Virus record (IMG/VR): IMGVR_UViG_3300027801_002517
Coordinates: 64,001 to 128,000 of that record
DNA: 64,000 nucleotides
From: a virus
Reading direction: 5' to 3' (one strand)
Part shown: positions 10,124-20,694 of the stretch, piece after piece
How the letters are laid out: each line of letters starts with the position of its first letter
Position numbering within the stretch: position 1 is the stretch's first letter
Translations under genes and position numbers: made by a program
The notes under the pieces: generated by a model
Databases searched by the model: none
Told to the model about the DNA's origin: nothing
What the model saw: the letters and a program-made list of their open reading frames with translations, nothing else

Positions 10124-11160
10124 TATAACCCTTTTAATTTAGAGGTGATTTCTTCTCGAATTGATTCAATAGACATATCTCCAATATCCTTCTTAGACAT
10201 TTTGGGAAACTTCAAAGTAAACAACCTGCTTAATTCTCTTTTAATTTTAATCTTAGCCTCCCTACCAGCTTGATCATTATCTGTCAACACAATTAATGTA
10301 GTCACTCCAGATTTTAATAGTTTATCTTTCTGATAATGTGATATATCTTTACCAAAAAGACCAACGCAATTTTCGACTCCAGTTTCATACATTTTCCATA
10401 CATCACCTTGACCTTCCGTTAAAAACAAACAGGATGTTTCTGTTGCTTTATCCATAGCTCGATGTTGATTATACAGATATTGTGATTTTTTAAATCCATC
10501 TGAGTATAAATATTTTGGTTTTACATAATCTTTATTTGACCGTGCTATAAATCCAATTTGTTTTCCGTATCGATTATGTGCTGGAATTATTGATCTTCCA
10601 TACATGTGAGATTTTTTATCTAAGCAATCGGTTATATTAAAATGTTTTAGTGTTGATGAAGAAAATCCTCTTTGCTTAAAATACTCTGACCCATTACTCG
10701 TTACAATGCTTGGAAAGGAAAGGTTAGTATATGTTTCTTGTTTTTTCTTATTGAAAATCTTTACCATTGTAGAAAATTCAGATTCTACTTTTTCTTCTGA
10801 TTCATCTGAGAATTCTTGATGTGAAATATTATATATCTTACATACAAACCTTAAAACATCACTGAATGATGCTTCATTTTCTTTCGATAGAACCCCGTTA
10901 ATAAATCCAAGTATGTCTGTATTATATTGTTCGTGACAACCTCTCGTCCAGCAACGCCAAGACATCTTGCTTTTTGATATTGATAGACCATGAGGATTAT
11001 CACTCGCCTCATGTATTGGACAACACATGAAGTAATTATCATCTTTCTTTTGGAAAGTTAATTCCAAATTTTGTAGTAACAATTCTATATCACGAAAAAT
11101 AATTTGTTTGACTTTATTTAAGTCTAATTTTTTATTTGCCGGTAGCTTTGTTGTATTCAT
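10120..11160 (-). CDS. dnaG: DNA primase (CHC2 zinc finger + TOPRIM)
   Basis: CPIH...WRCWTRGC; PKYL; EGQGD and DNDQAG TOPRIM motifs. Confidence 0.85.
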   Translation of the reverse strand: MNTTKLPANKKLDLNKVKQIIFRDIELLLQNLELTFQKKDDNYFMCCPIHEASDNPHGLSISKSKMSWRCWTRGCHEQYNTDILGFINGVLSKENEASFSDVLRFVCKIYNISHQEFSDESEEKVESEFSTMVKIFNKKKQETYTNLSFPSIVTSNGSEYFKQRGFSSSTLKHFNITDCLDKKSHMYGRSIIPAHNRYGKQIGFIARSNKDYVKPKYLYSDGFKKSQYLYNQHRAMDKATETSCLFLTEGQGDVWKMYETGVENCVGLFGKDISHYQKDKLLKSGVTTLIVLTDNDQAGREAKIKIKRELSRLFTLKFPKMSKKDIGDMSIESIREEITSKLKGLY

Positions 11161-11293
11161 ACCACAATAATCCTAAATTAGCTGTTGCATATGAAAACCA
11201 CATCAAACTGTGAGGATAATCTTTTTCTATGAGATTTCCTATACATACTATTACATAACAACATGTAGCTATAGCTATAGCAAAGATTGTCAT
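11132..11293 (-). CDS. Small membrane protein (53 aa), not in the ORF track
   Basis: MTIFAIAIATCCYVIVCIGNLIEKDYPHSLMWFSYATANLGLLWYEYNKATGK fills the helicase-primase gap. Confidence 0.6.
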   Translation of the reverse strand: MTIFAIAIATCCYVIVCIGNLIEKDYPHSLMWFSYATANLGLLWYEYNKATGK

Positions 11294-11295
11294 AA

Positions 11296-12738
11296 TTACT
11301 CATCTTCCTCTATTGGAATTTCAGCACCTTCGATAGCACCTTCAGCACCTCCACCTGCTCTGAGTTCATCTCTGGTACGCAATTCTAATAGTTGAGCATG
11401 ATCTCCAATCATACGCATATTAATATAATTACCATCTAACAAACCAGAACCATGCCTAGTCTTTAGGGTGACTAGTTTTCTATTACCTGAGTTTGGACCA
11501 TCTTCAGCTAATTCTTCTGCTGACTTTGCTTTAAAAATAGAAAAAGATGTACATAACCAAATCAATCTATCAGACCCACTAACAGCATCTGTAGACTCTT
11601 TAGTTATACCATCTCTATTCAATTGTACAAACGATAAACATGGAAATTCATACTTAACAGCTAAATTATGTAACGATGTAATTTGAAATCCCAATGCTTG
11701 ATATTCTTGTATGTTATTACTGATAGATCCAGAACTCATCAATTTCAAATAGTCATAAACAACAAGGCATTTATTGGTTTTACCATTTTCATCTTGACCA
11801 ACCTCCTGCATAATCCATCGCTTAATTGTATTCATAATTTGCTCAAATGGAGCACCAGCGATTGTGACGTAGGTATAGGGAATATCTTTAATACGATCAA
11901 TCGCTTGCTTTACTTTGATGGTTTTGTCATCATCATCAGTAAATCGTCCAGTAGCTACCTCATTAATCGGAACACCACTAAGATTAGAAATAATACGATT
12001 AAGGTGGTCTTCTTTTGACATTTCAGTATCCAGCATTAACACTGGAATACCTTTAGTAGCTACGTTAATAGCGACATTATCGCCAAACACACTTTTACCA
12101 ACACCCGGACGAGCAGATACCAAATCGACACAACCCGGCCTTAGACCGCCTCCAATGGCTGCATCATATCTCGCAAATCCTGTTGGAATCCCAATTTGAT
12201 CACATTTATTCTCAACGAGAAACTCAAGATATTCCTCTATACCATCGCCAATCCTTTCCGGCTTGTTCCCAGTATCATCCTCTCTTAAAAAATCTGTAAT
12301 TGGATTTTCCAAGATACTGATAATTTCATCGATAGATTCATCACCATTTATATCATCAATATTCCTACCAATTTTATTGGTAAGTTTTTTGATCTTCCTT
12401 GCAAACTCAAATTTCTTTATTTGTGCTGCAAAGTAAAGTACATTATCCTGTTTAACCGGATATTCCATCAAAGAATTTATGTACTCTAATTCTTGATTGG
12501 AATTAATTATATCTTGTAAATCTAATTTCTTAGCTGCTGATAGCAAAGATGGCAAATCTATTTCTGCCCCATCCTTGATAATCTTTTCTATACATTTAAA
12601 AATAACCTGATTATTTTTATGAGAGAAGCTATCACTATCAATGACATCGCATACCTCAACATATGATTCTAAACCATATGACAAAATACCTGCTAGGACT
12701 GCTCTCTCAGCACCTAGATCCATCAGATTGTTAGACAT
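11296..12738 (-). CDS. dnaB: Replicative DNA helicase
   Basis: AERAVL N-terminus, ARPGVGKS Walker A, VYDYLKL, QLNR motifs. Confidence 0.9.
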   Translation of the reverse strand: MSNNLMDLGAERAVLAGILSYGLESYVEVCDVIDSDSFSHKNNQVIFKCIEKIIKDGAEIDLPSLLSAAKKLDLQDIINSNQELEYINSLMEYPVKQDNVLYFAAQIKKFEFARKIKKLTNKIGRNIDDINGDESIDEIISILENPITDFLREDDTGNKPERIGDGIEEYLEFLVENKCDQIGIPTGFARYDAAIGGGLRPGCVDLVSARPGVGKSVFGDNVAINVATKGIPVLMLDTEMSKEDHLNRIISNLSGVPINEVATGRFTDDDDKTIKVKQAIDRIKDIPYTYVTIAGAPFEQIMNTIKRWIMQEVGQDENGKTNKCLVVYDYLKLMSSGSISNNIQEYQALGFQITSLHNLAVKYEFPCLSFVQLNRDGITKESTDAVSGSDRLIWLCTSFSIFKAKSAEELAEDGPNSGNRKLVTLKTRHGSGLLDGNYINMRMIGDHAQLLELRTRDELRAGGGAEGAIEGAEIPIEEDE

Positions 12739-12742
12739 TTAT

Positions 12743-13162
12743 TTATCCGGTACATTTGTTGCAGCGATGGTATTCACCAAATGCAAGCGTGGGGTTAACA
12801 GAAAAAGTTTTACCACAAACGTGACATTCTACTCTTTTCTTCCCTGGCTTAGAACGGTTTCTTGCAGTCCTTTTAACATCTGGAGTTTCAATATCCATAT
12901 GTTCAATACCATCATCTTCCCATCGGTTTTTTCTTGCTCTCACGGCTTGTCTCCCATTTTGTTGTTCCCCTCTAAAAACGGTAAAATCGTCGTTGACCCT
13001 TGTAGCGACTTTATTTTCTGGAGAATCAGAATAATCTACTAAACTATCATCTGGTGACGATGGAGCAATGAATTCTGATTCTTCCGTTGTATCTTCCATC
13101 AACATCTGCATCATTTTTTGTTTTTGTTCTGGACTCAATGATTTCAAGAAGTCTTCTATCAT
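12743..13162 (-). CDS. Hypothetical protein with C-terminal zinc ribbon
   Basis: CHVCGK...RCNKC. Confidence 0.55.
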   Translation of the reverse strand: MIEDFLKSLSPEQKQKMMQMLMEDTTEESEFIAPSSPDDSLVDYSDSPENKVATRVNDDFTVFRGEQQNGRQAVRARKNRWEDDGIEHMDIETPDVKRTARNRSKPGKKRVECHVCGKTFSVNPTLAFGEYHRCNKCTG

Positions 13163-13644
13163 AGCTTTCTTCCCTTTTCAAGTAAGCAATCTGCCTTTTT
13201 TCTAACATTAAATTCTTTGTTTTTCAAGGATAGAATCCTAGTTGCTGCTACAGACTTAAAGTCAACTAATTTTTGTGCCACACTATTTTCTTTAATAATC
13301 ATCTGAGTCTTTAAATCATTGTTAGCATAAACATTTTGAAAGTCCATAAAGTCTCTGGCTACTATCTGATTGATCCATTTGTCACAAAAATGTATTACGG
13401 ACTCCTGCCGTGATCTTTCACTGTTAATATGATCAGAGTAATGATATAGCATTAATGCATAGTTGAAACAATCATCTTGATTTAATTGCCTGATATTGTC
13501 AAGAGATAATCTTTCGGCTTCTCTAAAATCATCAGAATAGTTTAGGGGAGACAGATTTTTATTTTCAATGTATTCATCTATTCTGTCTAGGAATGTTTTG
13601 AGCTGTTCCTCACAATGACTCAAGTTGCTGTCTCCAATTTTCAA
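13159..13644 (-). CDS. Hypothetical helical protein (position suggests a recombination mediator)
   Basis: Translationally coupled ORF between recA and dnaB; no motif recognised. Confidence 0.4.
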   Translation of the reverse strand: MKIGDSNLSHCEEQLKTFLDRIDEYIENKNLSPLNYSDDFREAERLSLDNIRQLNQDDCFNYALMLYHYSDHINSERSRQESVIHFCDKWINQIVARDFMDFQNVYANNDLKTQMIIKENSVAQKLVDFKSVAATRILSLKNKEFNVRKKADCLLEKGRKL

Positions 13645-14032
13645 TATCGTCAGAATATTTCAAAACGATTAAGTTAATATTGTTTAATTCACACCATTCC
13701 TCTTTTAAGGAATCTCTTTTTATCGCTTGTATATATTTAGCTTTAGTCTTATGGAAATATGGTACATACTCATAATGCTGTTTACCATGAACTTCTACGC
13801 CAATCATAAGGTTTGGTATGAAAAAGTCAAGGAATAATACAGATTTTAAATGAGGTTTTCTAGATCCGGGTAATTTTACTTCTTCTAAAATAGAATAACC
13901 AGCAAACATCTGGTGTAATAATTCTCTAGTCTTTAAATGGTACTGAGACTTCTTAGTAGAGTCATCCGCTCTAATGATATAATTATCAAGTTTTACATTG
14001 TATTGTCTACCATTGAACCCAACAAATTTCAT
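13610..14032 (-). CDS. Vsr/DUF559-like endonuclease
   Basis: LDFFIP...GVEVHGKQHY...RDSLKEEWC pattern. Confidence 0.7.
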   Translation of the reverse strand: MKFVGFNGRQYNVKLDNYIIRADDSTKKSQYHLKTRELLHQMFAGYSILEEVKLPGSRKPHLKSVLFLDFFIPNLMIGVEVHGKQHYEYVPYFHKTKAKYIQAIKRDSLKEEWCELNNINLIVLKYSDDIENWRQQLESL

Positions 14033-15132
14033 CCCAACATCATATCCTTAACTTCTTCGTATATAAAATCACAAACCTCGTGATTGCTTTCTAAAAATTC
14101 GCTTAAGTTTTGCATACCCTGAAATTTGAAAAACTTTTCTATACTTTCTACATCATCTTTTACATCGTTCTTAGTTAGAATATTTTTAATAATTGGATTA
14201 TCAACATTGTTAACACCAGTAGTTACTGTATACCACGCACCAGCCTTTTTAATCAAGCTTAGTTCGGAAGCAATTTGTGCAATTTCCTGAACATGATCAA
14301 TACCAACTCCGTATTTAATCCAACTGTCTGCCAATGAATTAGGAATTCCACCAGCGGCAGATGTCTTAATCTTCCAGTGTGCCACTTGTCCAATGTCATT
14401 GCCAGAAGATGACTCCCACTTACCACGGTGAGTAATTACCATATTGGTTCCTGCCTGATACTGGAGCATATTTCCTCCGTCAGACATCTTGTTAGGTGAA
14501 AATCTACTACCACCAGTATTAGCAATATTATGTGTAATGAAAATACAAATGGCACCTCTGCGAGCTACATCACCACTGATTCTTTTAAAGAACTGTGCTA
14601 ACAGTCTTGGTAATGCATTTCTAATTCCAGTTCTAATGTCACCGTCGAGTTCCTCTTGTGGCAACATGTTAGATGTGGAATCTACAATGGTTACAAGGTC
14701 ATCCTGCTGTTTGATTAGAGTTTCAAGAGTATTTAAATATTCTTCCGCAGAAATCACAGGTTTTGCTTCTGACGTACCAATAATCTTCACATTATCCGGA
14801 TTTAAACCTTTAATTGCGTCCAGATGATGCTTACTCAGTCTACCTTCAACATCAAAATAGAAAATCTTCTTTCCATGTTTTTGTGCCTGAGCAGCAAATG
14901 ACAATGCTGTAACTGTTTTGCCAGTCTTAGGATCGCCAGTCATAACAACAACATTACCTTCTCGTATGCCACCCCCAAGTGCAATATCTAAAGATGGTGA
15001 CATTGGTATGACTTTGTGGTTGGATATATCTTCAAGAACCTTACTTCCTTCTTGAATCAAATCACCCCACTTGTTAACAATTTGACTACAAACTGGATCA
15101 TCTTTGAATTTATCATTCTTCTTTTTTGCCAT
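14029..15132 (-). CDS. recA: RecA/UvsX-like recombinase
   Basis: SLDIALGGG, GDPKTGKT, DVEG, IVDS, KKAGAWY motifs. Confidence 0.85.
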   Translation of the reverse strand: MAKKKNDKFKDDPVCSQIVNKWGDLIQEGSKVLEDISNHKVIPMSPSLDIALGGGIREGNVVVMTGDPKTGKTVTALSFAAQAQKHGKKIFYFDVEGRLSKHHLDAIKGLNPDNVKIIGTSEAKPVISAEEYLNTLETLIKQQDDLVTIVDSTSNMLPQEELDGDIRTGIRNALPRLLAQFFKRISGDVARRGAICIFITHNIANTGGSRFSPNKMSDGGNMLQYQAGTNMVITHRGKWESSSGNDIGQVAHWKIKTSAAGGIPNSLADSWIKYGVGIDHVQEIAQIASELSLIKKAGAWYTVTTGVNNVDNPIIKNILTKNDVKDDVESIEKFFKFQGMQNLSEFLESNHEVCDFIYEEVKDMMLG

Positions 15133-15570
15133 CGAACTTTAAGCCTCTCAATTTATTCAATTTAGATTTTTTACCAAAACTTTTCTTGCGGGTCTCAGCA
15201 TCTTCTGTAATATCAAGCTTTTGAGCTTCTTGTTCTTTCTCCTTCTTGACAATGTTACTATACTTTTTGATAATAGGAATTGCTCTTTTATTCTTTAATG
15301 AAAAGATTTTTCCCCATTCTTTAGAGTTAATAGCTCTAACTACGGCTTCTTCACTATATTCATCAATTATTTTATTAGCAGCGATCAATTGTTTTTTAAA
15401 TGTCCAATCCCAAGGCTTTACACTCCAAAACTTAAATGGTAATGAACCGACATTTTTATATTCAGCATATTTCATGCACATAATTTCAGCGACGTATGCC
15501 GCACATGTACAATGATCACCAGTAGATTGATGTTTATACTTACTTCTTTCGGTTCTTTTTCTTTTAGGCA
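15113..15570 (-). CDS. Hypothetical basic protein (start approximate)
   Basis: Coupled ORF in the operon, likely starting MPKRKRT. Confidence 0.45.
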
Positions 15571-15965
15571 TTACGTATGAGTGCTTCTTCGAAACAGTCT
15601 TCAATATCATCTTCTAATTCTTTCTCAACAATTAACTCTGGAACTAACCACATCTGTTTATGAACAATGCCGTCTTTAAGAATACCAGTTGTATAAAACT
15701 GTTTATTCTCGGAACCCATCTGACCCATAATTGATCGGATTAAATAGACACCTTCAGCATCTTCTAAATCAATTTCAATCTTATGAGAACGGAATTGTAG
15801 TTGTAATTCTTGAATAAATAATCCTTCAGAATCACATTTCTCCTTTACAGATTGCCATCCTGCAAACTCATCATAATAAAATTCCTCACCATTTGTAAGT
15901 TGAATTTTTATCCAAACCGCTTGTTTATTTCCCCTATAAGATTTTAACCATTGCTCATCATTCAT
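15564..15965 (-). CDS. Hypothetical protein
   Basis: Coupled ORF (ATGA overlap). Confidence 0.5.
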   Translation of the reverse strand: MNDEQWLKSYRGNKQAVWIKIQLTNGEEFYYDEFAGWQSVKEKCDSEGLFIQELQLQFRSHKIEIDLEDAEGVYLIRSIMGQMGSENKQFYTTGILKDGIVHKQMWLVPELIVEKELEDDIEDCFEEALIRNA

Positions 15966-16264
15966 TCTTTTATCCTAGTCACACAATGTTCTTGTCTTGA
16001 TGTAGAATGATTATTTTGTCTAGCTACATCAGATAGCTCTGAAGCATTCTGTGTCATCACTGTGGCACCACCTTGATGTGCAAATTGACTACCAGCAGTC
16101 AATACAGAATCACTTTCCTCTTTATCTTTACATTTAGTTACACATCTTTTTACAAGACTTTTCGCTCTATCAAGCTCCTTACATATCTCATCTATTTCCA
16201 TTGTCTTATGATGATGTTGAATATAAAACTCTTCAGCTTTTCCTAATGGTCCTTTTTTAGTCAT
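15962..16264 (-). CDS. Hypothetical protein with possible HTH
   Basis: IDEICKELDRAKSLVKRC helix-turn-helix-like segment. Confidence 0.45.
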   Translation of the reverse strand: MTKKGPLGKAEEFYIQHHHKTMEIDEICKELDRAKSLVKRCVTKCKDKEESDSVLTAGSQFAHQGGATVMTQNASELSDVARQNNHSTSRQEHCVTRIKE

Positions 16265-16592
16265 TTAAAAATCCTCTCTGAGCTTTAGTCATATATAAGC
16301 TATTTTTACTAGATAAATACATCATATAGAAATCAAATGTATTTTTGGAAACACTTTTTAAATCAATAGGCAAAGCTCTTTCTCTTCGACCATATATTCC
16401 GTTAGGGTCAAATGGAGAGCTACTATACACTCTTATATAATAGTAGGCACGACCATTTTTTACCACACTTTTTGCATAAAATCTTTCATTTTCACCAGAA
16501 ATTTCTTGGCCATCTTTGTTAAACCACATTTCTTCTTGTTTTTGGGATTGCGGTAGTTCTTCTATCTCTTCTTCGCTGTCAATATATCTCAT
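16257..16592 (-). CDS. Hypothetical protein
   Basis: Coupled ORF. Confidence 0.5.
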   Translation of the reverse strand: MRYIDSEEEIEELPQSQKQEEMWFNKDGQEISGENERFYAKSVVKNGRAYYYIRVYSSSPFDPNGIYGRRERALPIDLKSVSKNTFDFYMMYLSSKNSLYMTKAQRGFLND

Positions 16593-16930
16593 TGTCTTCC
16601 TTCCATAATATATTTTTGCTTTTGTTTTGGCGTCATTTGATTGATCTGTGTCTTCGTGGCAGACCCTTTATGCCAAAGAGTATTATCTTTTTTGTTTTTA
16701 CTTTGCTCTTCATTTATAAATGATTTGTGTTTTTTAGTATTTTTATCGGCTAACTGACCAATAGTTGTGACATCTCCACGAACTGAAACATGACAACCAC
16801 CATAAATAACTCTTTCAAGTTTATACTTATTACAATTAGGACATTTTACGAGAGGCTTATCTTTAATGGATTGTTCTATATCATTGATCTCATGGAAACA
16901 ATCTTCACAGATATAATCATACGTCGGCAT
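16589..16930 (-). CDS. FmdB-family zinc-ribbon protein
   Basis: MPTYDYICEDC...KCPNC signature. Confidence 0.8.
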   Translation of the reverse strand: MPTYDYICEDCFHEINDIEQSIKDKPLVKCPNCNKYKLERVIYGGCHVSVRGDVTTIGQLADKNTKKHKSFINEEQSKNKKDNTLWHKGSATKTQINQMTPKQKQKYIMEGRQ

Positions 16931-17606
16931 CTTCTTTCTCCAATGCTGTTAAAATATCACCTAAAATTCCATTCCTTTGAATATCTGAATAAGTCAAATT
17001 ACAAATTGAAACTCCATTAATTCCTTCAAGCTTTTGGATGCATCTACTTAACCCACTATTGTTTTTGATGTCAGTTTGATTAGTATCACCATTGATTAAA
17101 ACTTTAGAATTCTCGCCCATTCTAGTGATAAACATTTTTATTTGTTCAAATGTACAGTTTTGAGCTTCATCTAAAATCATATAGCAATTATGAAAAGTAG
17201 ATCCTCTCATCACTTCTAATGGTTGATAACTAATTTTACCATCGTTATAGTAGTGACCATAATATGCTTGTCCTAAAAAATACCTAAAGTTTTCTTGCAT
17301 CGGTATTAAGTATGGAGCTATTTTATCTAATAATTCTCCGGGTAACGAACCAATGTCTTTACCAGCACATACTAATGGTCTCGTAATTATTATTTTGTCA
17401 ATATCTCCATCTCCACGATGAAGATGTTCAGCGGAAATACCAGCGGCTATAAATGATTTACCACAACCAGATGGGCCAGAACAAAAAATAACATCATTTT
17501 CTATAATAGATTTAATATATTCTTTCTGATTATTTGTTTTGGCTTCTACAGTTTTAATTTTTTGGAAATTATCTTTTACACGACTACTACTTCTTCTCTT
17601 TGCCAT
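16917..17606 (-). CDS. phoH: PhoH-like ATPase
   Basis: GPSGCGKS, TRP, LPG, MRGSTF, DEAQN, TRMG, GD..Q.D motifs. Confidence 0.9.
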   Translation of the reverse strand: MAKRRSSSRVKDNFQKIKTVEAKTNNQKEYIKSIIENDVIFCSGPSGCGKSFIAAGISAEHLHRGDGDIDKIIITRPLVCAGKDIGSLPGELLDKIAPYLIPMQENFRYFLGQAYYGHYYNDGKISYQPLEVMRGSTFHNCYMILDEAQNCTFEQIKMFITRMGENSKVLINGDTNQTDIKNNSGLSRCIQKLEGINGVSICNLTYSDIQRNGILGDILTALEKEDADV

Positions 17607-17635
17607 TAATTTAAAACCTCTTATATTAAGTTATG

Positions 17636-18247
17636 TTATACTCCTGAGCTACCGAACCCTCCTGCATTCCTATCCGTTTCATTCAAGTCTGTAATTTCAA
17701 CTAATTTAAATTTTGGAACTTCTTGGAATAAAATTTGGGCTATTCTGTCTCCAGTATCGATGGTTACTGGCACTTGACCAGTATTTAATAAGCAAACTTT
17801 TACCTCACCCCTATAACCAGAATCAATTACTCCAGCTAATATATCAATACCCTTTTTAACTGCCATACCAGATCTGGGCCAAATTAAACCCACAAATGAA
17901 TTGGGTATAGCTAACGATATACCAGTGTTAATTGTCGCTCTTTCACTTGGTAATATAGTTTTTGGTTCGCAGCTATATAAATCCCAACCAGCATCTGATG
18001 CATGTGCTTGGGTGGGCTGAACAGCATTTGGCTGGGTTCTTGTTAGATTGATCGTCCAGAAGCCACTCATCACTTGATCAATACACTCCAAGTGTCTACC
18101 AACAGTGTTTGAGCTTTCTCCTACTGGATACTTATCAGGATTACAAAACACATCAAAGAAAAGTTCTTGCGGCATACTTCTATGCTGCGTCTTAGTTCTT
18201 TCGTGCATATCTGATAATTGCTTTTTTCTTGCTTCATGATCATTCAT
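17636..18247 (-). CDS. dut: Trimeric dUTPase with a ~60-aa N-terminal extension
   Basis: AGWDL, PRSG, GVIDSGYRGE, RIAQ, RNAGGFGSSG motifs I-V. Confidence 0.9.
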   Translation of the reverse strand: MNDHEARKKQLSDMHERTKTQHRSMPQELFFDVFCNPDKYPVGESSNTVGRHLECIDQVMSGFWTINLTRTQPNAVQPTQAHASDAGWDLYSCEPKTILPSERATINTGISLAIPNSFVGLIWPRSGMAVKKGIDILAGVIDSGYRGEVKVCLLNTGQVPVTIDTGDRIAQILFQEVPKFKLVEITDLNETDRNAGGFGSSGV

Positions 18248-18506
18248 AATCAGTCCTTCTATTTATATTTATAATATTAGCCCCGTCTTTCAATAGCACT
18301 ATTAACAATAGAGTTAGCACCCTTCTCTGAGCTGGCATAGCCTACATGTTTCTTCTGATCGTCGATAACAACATAACAGTCCCATCGCCGTTCTTTTTCG
18401 TTTTCCTCGACAAATCCACCAGTAGGTTTGCTTGCCATGTCTGCTCGCCTTTCTATCCGACTATATAGAGTAAGACAAATCTTGTATACACTTACCACGG
18501 ACTGTG

Positions 18507-18839
18507 TTACGCGGAAAAACTACTACCACAACCACAAGATTTGACGGCATTTGGATTATCGAACTGAAAGCCTCGCTTGTCAAGTCCTGAGTAGAAGTCA
18601 ACGGTTGTGCCATCCAGAAACAGATCGCTTTTCTTATCCACAACAACACCAACACCATACTGTTCCCGAAACACATCTGTTTTGACATCGTATCGATCAG
18701 TAAAGTCAAAGGCATACTGGAAGCCACTGCATCCACCACCGACCACACCGACACGGACATATTTTAGTTCCTCGCGGTTCTGATCTTCAATAATACTCTG
18801 GATTTCAATTGCAGCGGCTTCAGTAAGTTGAACTGTCAT
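18507..18839 (-). CDS. iscA: A-type iron-sulfur cluster carrier (IscA/ErpA/HesB)
   Basis: LTEAAA, GGGCSGFQY, FDNPNA..SCGCGSSF signature. Confidence 0.9.
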   Translation of the reverse strand: MTVQLTEAAAIEIQSIIEDQNREELKYVRVGVVGGGCSGFQYAFDFTDRYDVKTDVFREQYGVGVVVDKKSDLFLDGTTVDFYSGLDKRGFQFDNPNAVKSCGCGSSFSA

Positions 18840-18859
18840 TTACTTTTCCTTTTAATCGT

Positions 18860-19045
18860 TTAATCGTTTAACTTGTATTCCAGAATATCCCAAATTTCAT
18901 CACCGCCGACATACTTACGGTCTTCTTCTTGAGATTTTTCCTTGGCCTTTTCCGCACCATCCATTGTCTTATGGATTGATACTATATGATGATCTCCATC
19001 GTCTCTCCATCCGTATTCCCTGTAGTATACTACGTATGTTTTCAT
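18860..19045 (-). CDS. Small hypothetical protein
   Basis: Coupled ORF, phage-like composition. Confidence 0.45.
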   Translation of the reverse strand: MKTYVVYYREYGWRDDGDHHIVSIHKTMDGAEKAKEKSQEEDRKYVGGDEIWDILEYKLND

Positions 19046-19057
19046 TTGTGCAGTCTT

Positions 19058-19396
19058 TTAATCGTTGTTGCGTCGGTTACTACGTCGTTCACCACGTCGC
19101 TCATTATCACGTCTGTGACGGCGACGACCTCTATTGGATTCATATGTAAAACCAAATCCACCACGAGAGAAGTTAAGACCAAATCCTCTACTGGGACGAC
19201 GACCCCTATAATAGCCAAAATTCCACGGTGCAGGTCGATAAAACCCATAATCATAATGTTCAGGATACGCATTAGGATATGCGTTAATGAAGAATCCACC
19301 ACGAAATCTTGGATGTGCAGATGCAGGAGATGATGCAGTAATAAATAGTGTCACTACAATCGCTATTAGAGTAAAGTGTTTAAAAAATTTCATCAT
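19058..19396 (-). CDS. Secreted Gly/Tyr/Arg-rich protein, Planctomycete-style
   Basis: Signal peptide with A-S-A cleavage, then a low-complexity G/Y/R/F region. Confidence 0.55.
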   Translation of the reverse strand: MMKFFKHFTLIAIVVTLFITASSPASAHPRFRGGFFINAYPNAYPEHYDYGFYRPAPWNFGYYRGRRPSRGFGLNFSRGGFGFTYESNRGRRRHRRDNERRGERRSNRRNND

Positions 19397-19404
19397 TGTT
19401 CCCC

Positions 19405-20694
19405 TTAAAATAATTCTTTTATACGCTTACCACCATTGACCATACCAAACGGTCTACCTTCAGCGGAATGAAGTTCTTGGTGAGTATTAATATTTAAAGA
19501 TGTTAAAACAGTTTCCGCTAAATCTTCTGGAGTATAACAACCTCCCACACACGACATTCCAGTTCTATCGGTTTCGCCCACGCACATTCCTGAATTTAAT
19601 CCACCACCACTCAGTAATAAACTAAATGCTGCCGGGAAATGTCCACGTCCCCCGGCACCTGCATCAATCTTTGGAGTCCTACCAAATTCCCCAGTGACTA
19701 ATACCAAGGTTTTATCTGACAACCCACGATCTGCAAGATCAGCAAACAAAGTAGAGATGGCAGAATCTAATGGTGGTAGTAATTCATCTTTAAGTAATCG
19801 GAAGTTCTCATCATGAGTATCCCAGTCAGTATGCTGAATAGTCACACACCTCACACCAGCTTCTACTAAACGGCGAGCCATTAAACAACTCTGACCTAGT
19901 GTACTTCTACCATACTGTTCTCTAATTTTAGCTGGTTCACGATCAATGTCAAATGCCGCCTTGGCTTCTGCTGATAGCATTAGAGTTTTGGCAGACTCTC
20001 TAAATGCATTAAAACTATTTGCTTTACGATTTGATCTAACTGAAACTTCCTTCGTTCCTTCAAACTTAGATAGCTGACGCCTCAGCTTTTCCCTAATTGC
20101 TATTCTATCATCGGGCAAATCAAACGGTGGCACAAGATCTGGTACAGAAAAACTTGGTGAATTAGGATCTGCCGCAATGACAAATGGAGCATATGATGAT
20201 CCTAGATATGCAGAACTACCACTCCTATGCATAGTAGGTAAACAAATATAAGGAGGCACAGATCCGATACCACCTTTTTCGTGAGCAATAATAGACCCAA
20301 AGGATGGATTGTGATTATTTGGCATCTGTTTAGACTGAAATGTTGGATTGGGCTTGTACCCAGTCAATATATAATGATCACCAGAACCATGATTAGAGTC
20401 ACTATGTGACATAGATCTAACTATTGAGAACTTGTCTTGCTGTTGTGCGAGCAAAGGAAGATGTTCTGTTATATGTATGTCTGGCACACATGTTGAAATT
20501 GGTGAAAATTCTCCACGATATTCAAGAGGAGCATTCGGTTTCATATCAAACATGTCGATACTACTGGGACCACCTTTTAGAAATACAATAATGAGAGACT
20601 TATCAGAAGCTTCAGCCACCTCAGAAGCATACGAACTCATAGGCAAAAACAATGAAGCCGCTCCACCCTTCAAAAATTTTCGTCTGGTAGTCAT
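19405..20694 (-). CDS. DUF1501-family protein with a Tat-like signal
   Basis: TRRKFL, IVFLKGGPSSIDMFDMKP, LMARRLVEAGV, WDTH, GEFGRTP motifs of the Planctomycete-expanded DUF1501 family. Confidence 0.85.
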   Translation of the reverse strand: MTTRRKFLKGGAASLFLPMSSYASEVAEASDKSLIIVFLKGGPSSIDMFDMKPNAPLEYRGEFSPISTCVPDIHITEHLPLLAQQQDKFSIVRSMSHSDSNHGSGDHYILTGYKPNPTFQSKQMPNNHNPSFGSIIAHEKGGIGSVPPYICLPTMHRSGSSAYLGSSYAPFVIAADPNSPSFSVPDLVPPFDLPDDRIAIREKLRRQLSKFEGTKEVSVRSNRKANSFNAFRESAKTLMLSAEAKAAFDIDREPAKIREQYGRSTLGQSCLMARRLVEAGVRCVTIQHTDWDTHDENFRLLKDELLPPLDSAISTLFADLADRGLSDKTLVLVTGEFGRTPKIDAGAGGRGHFPAAFSLLLSGGGLNSGMCVGETDRTGMSCVGGCYTPEDLAETVLTSLNINTHQELHSAEGRPFGMVNGGKRIKELF

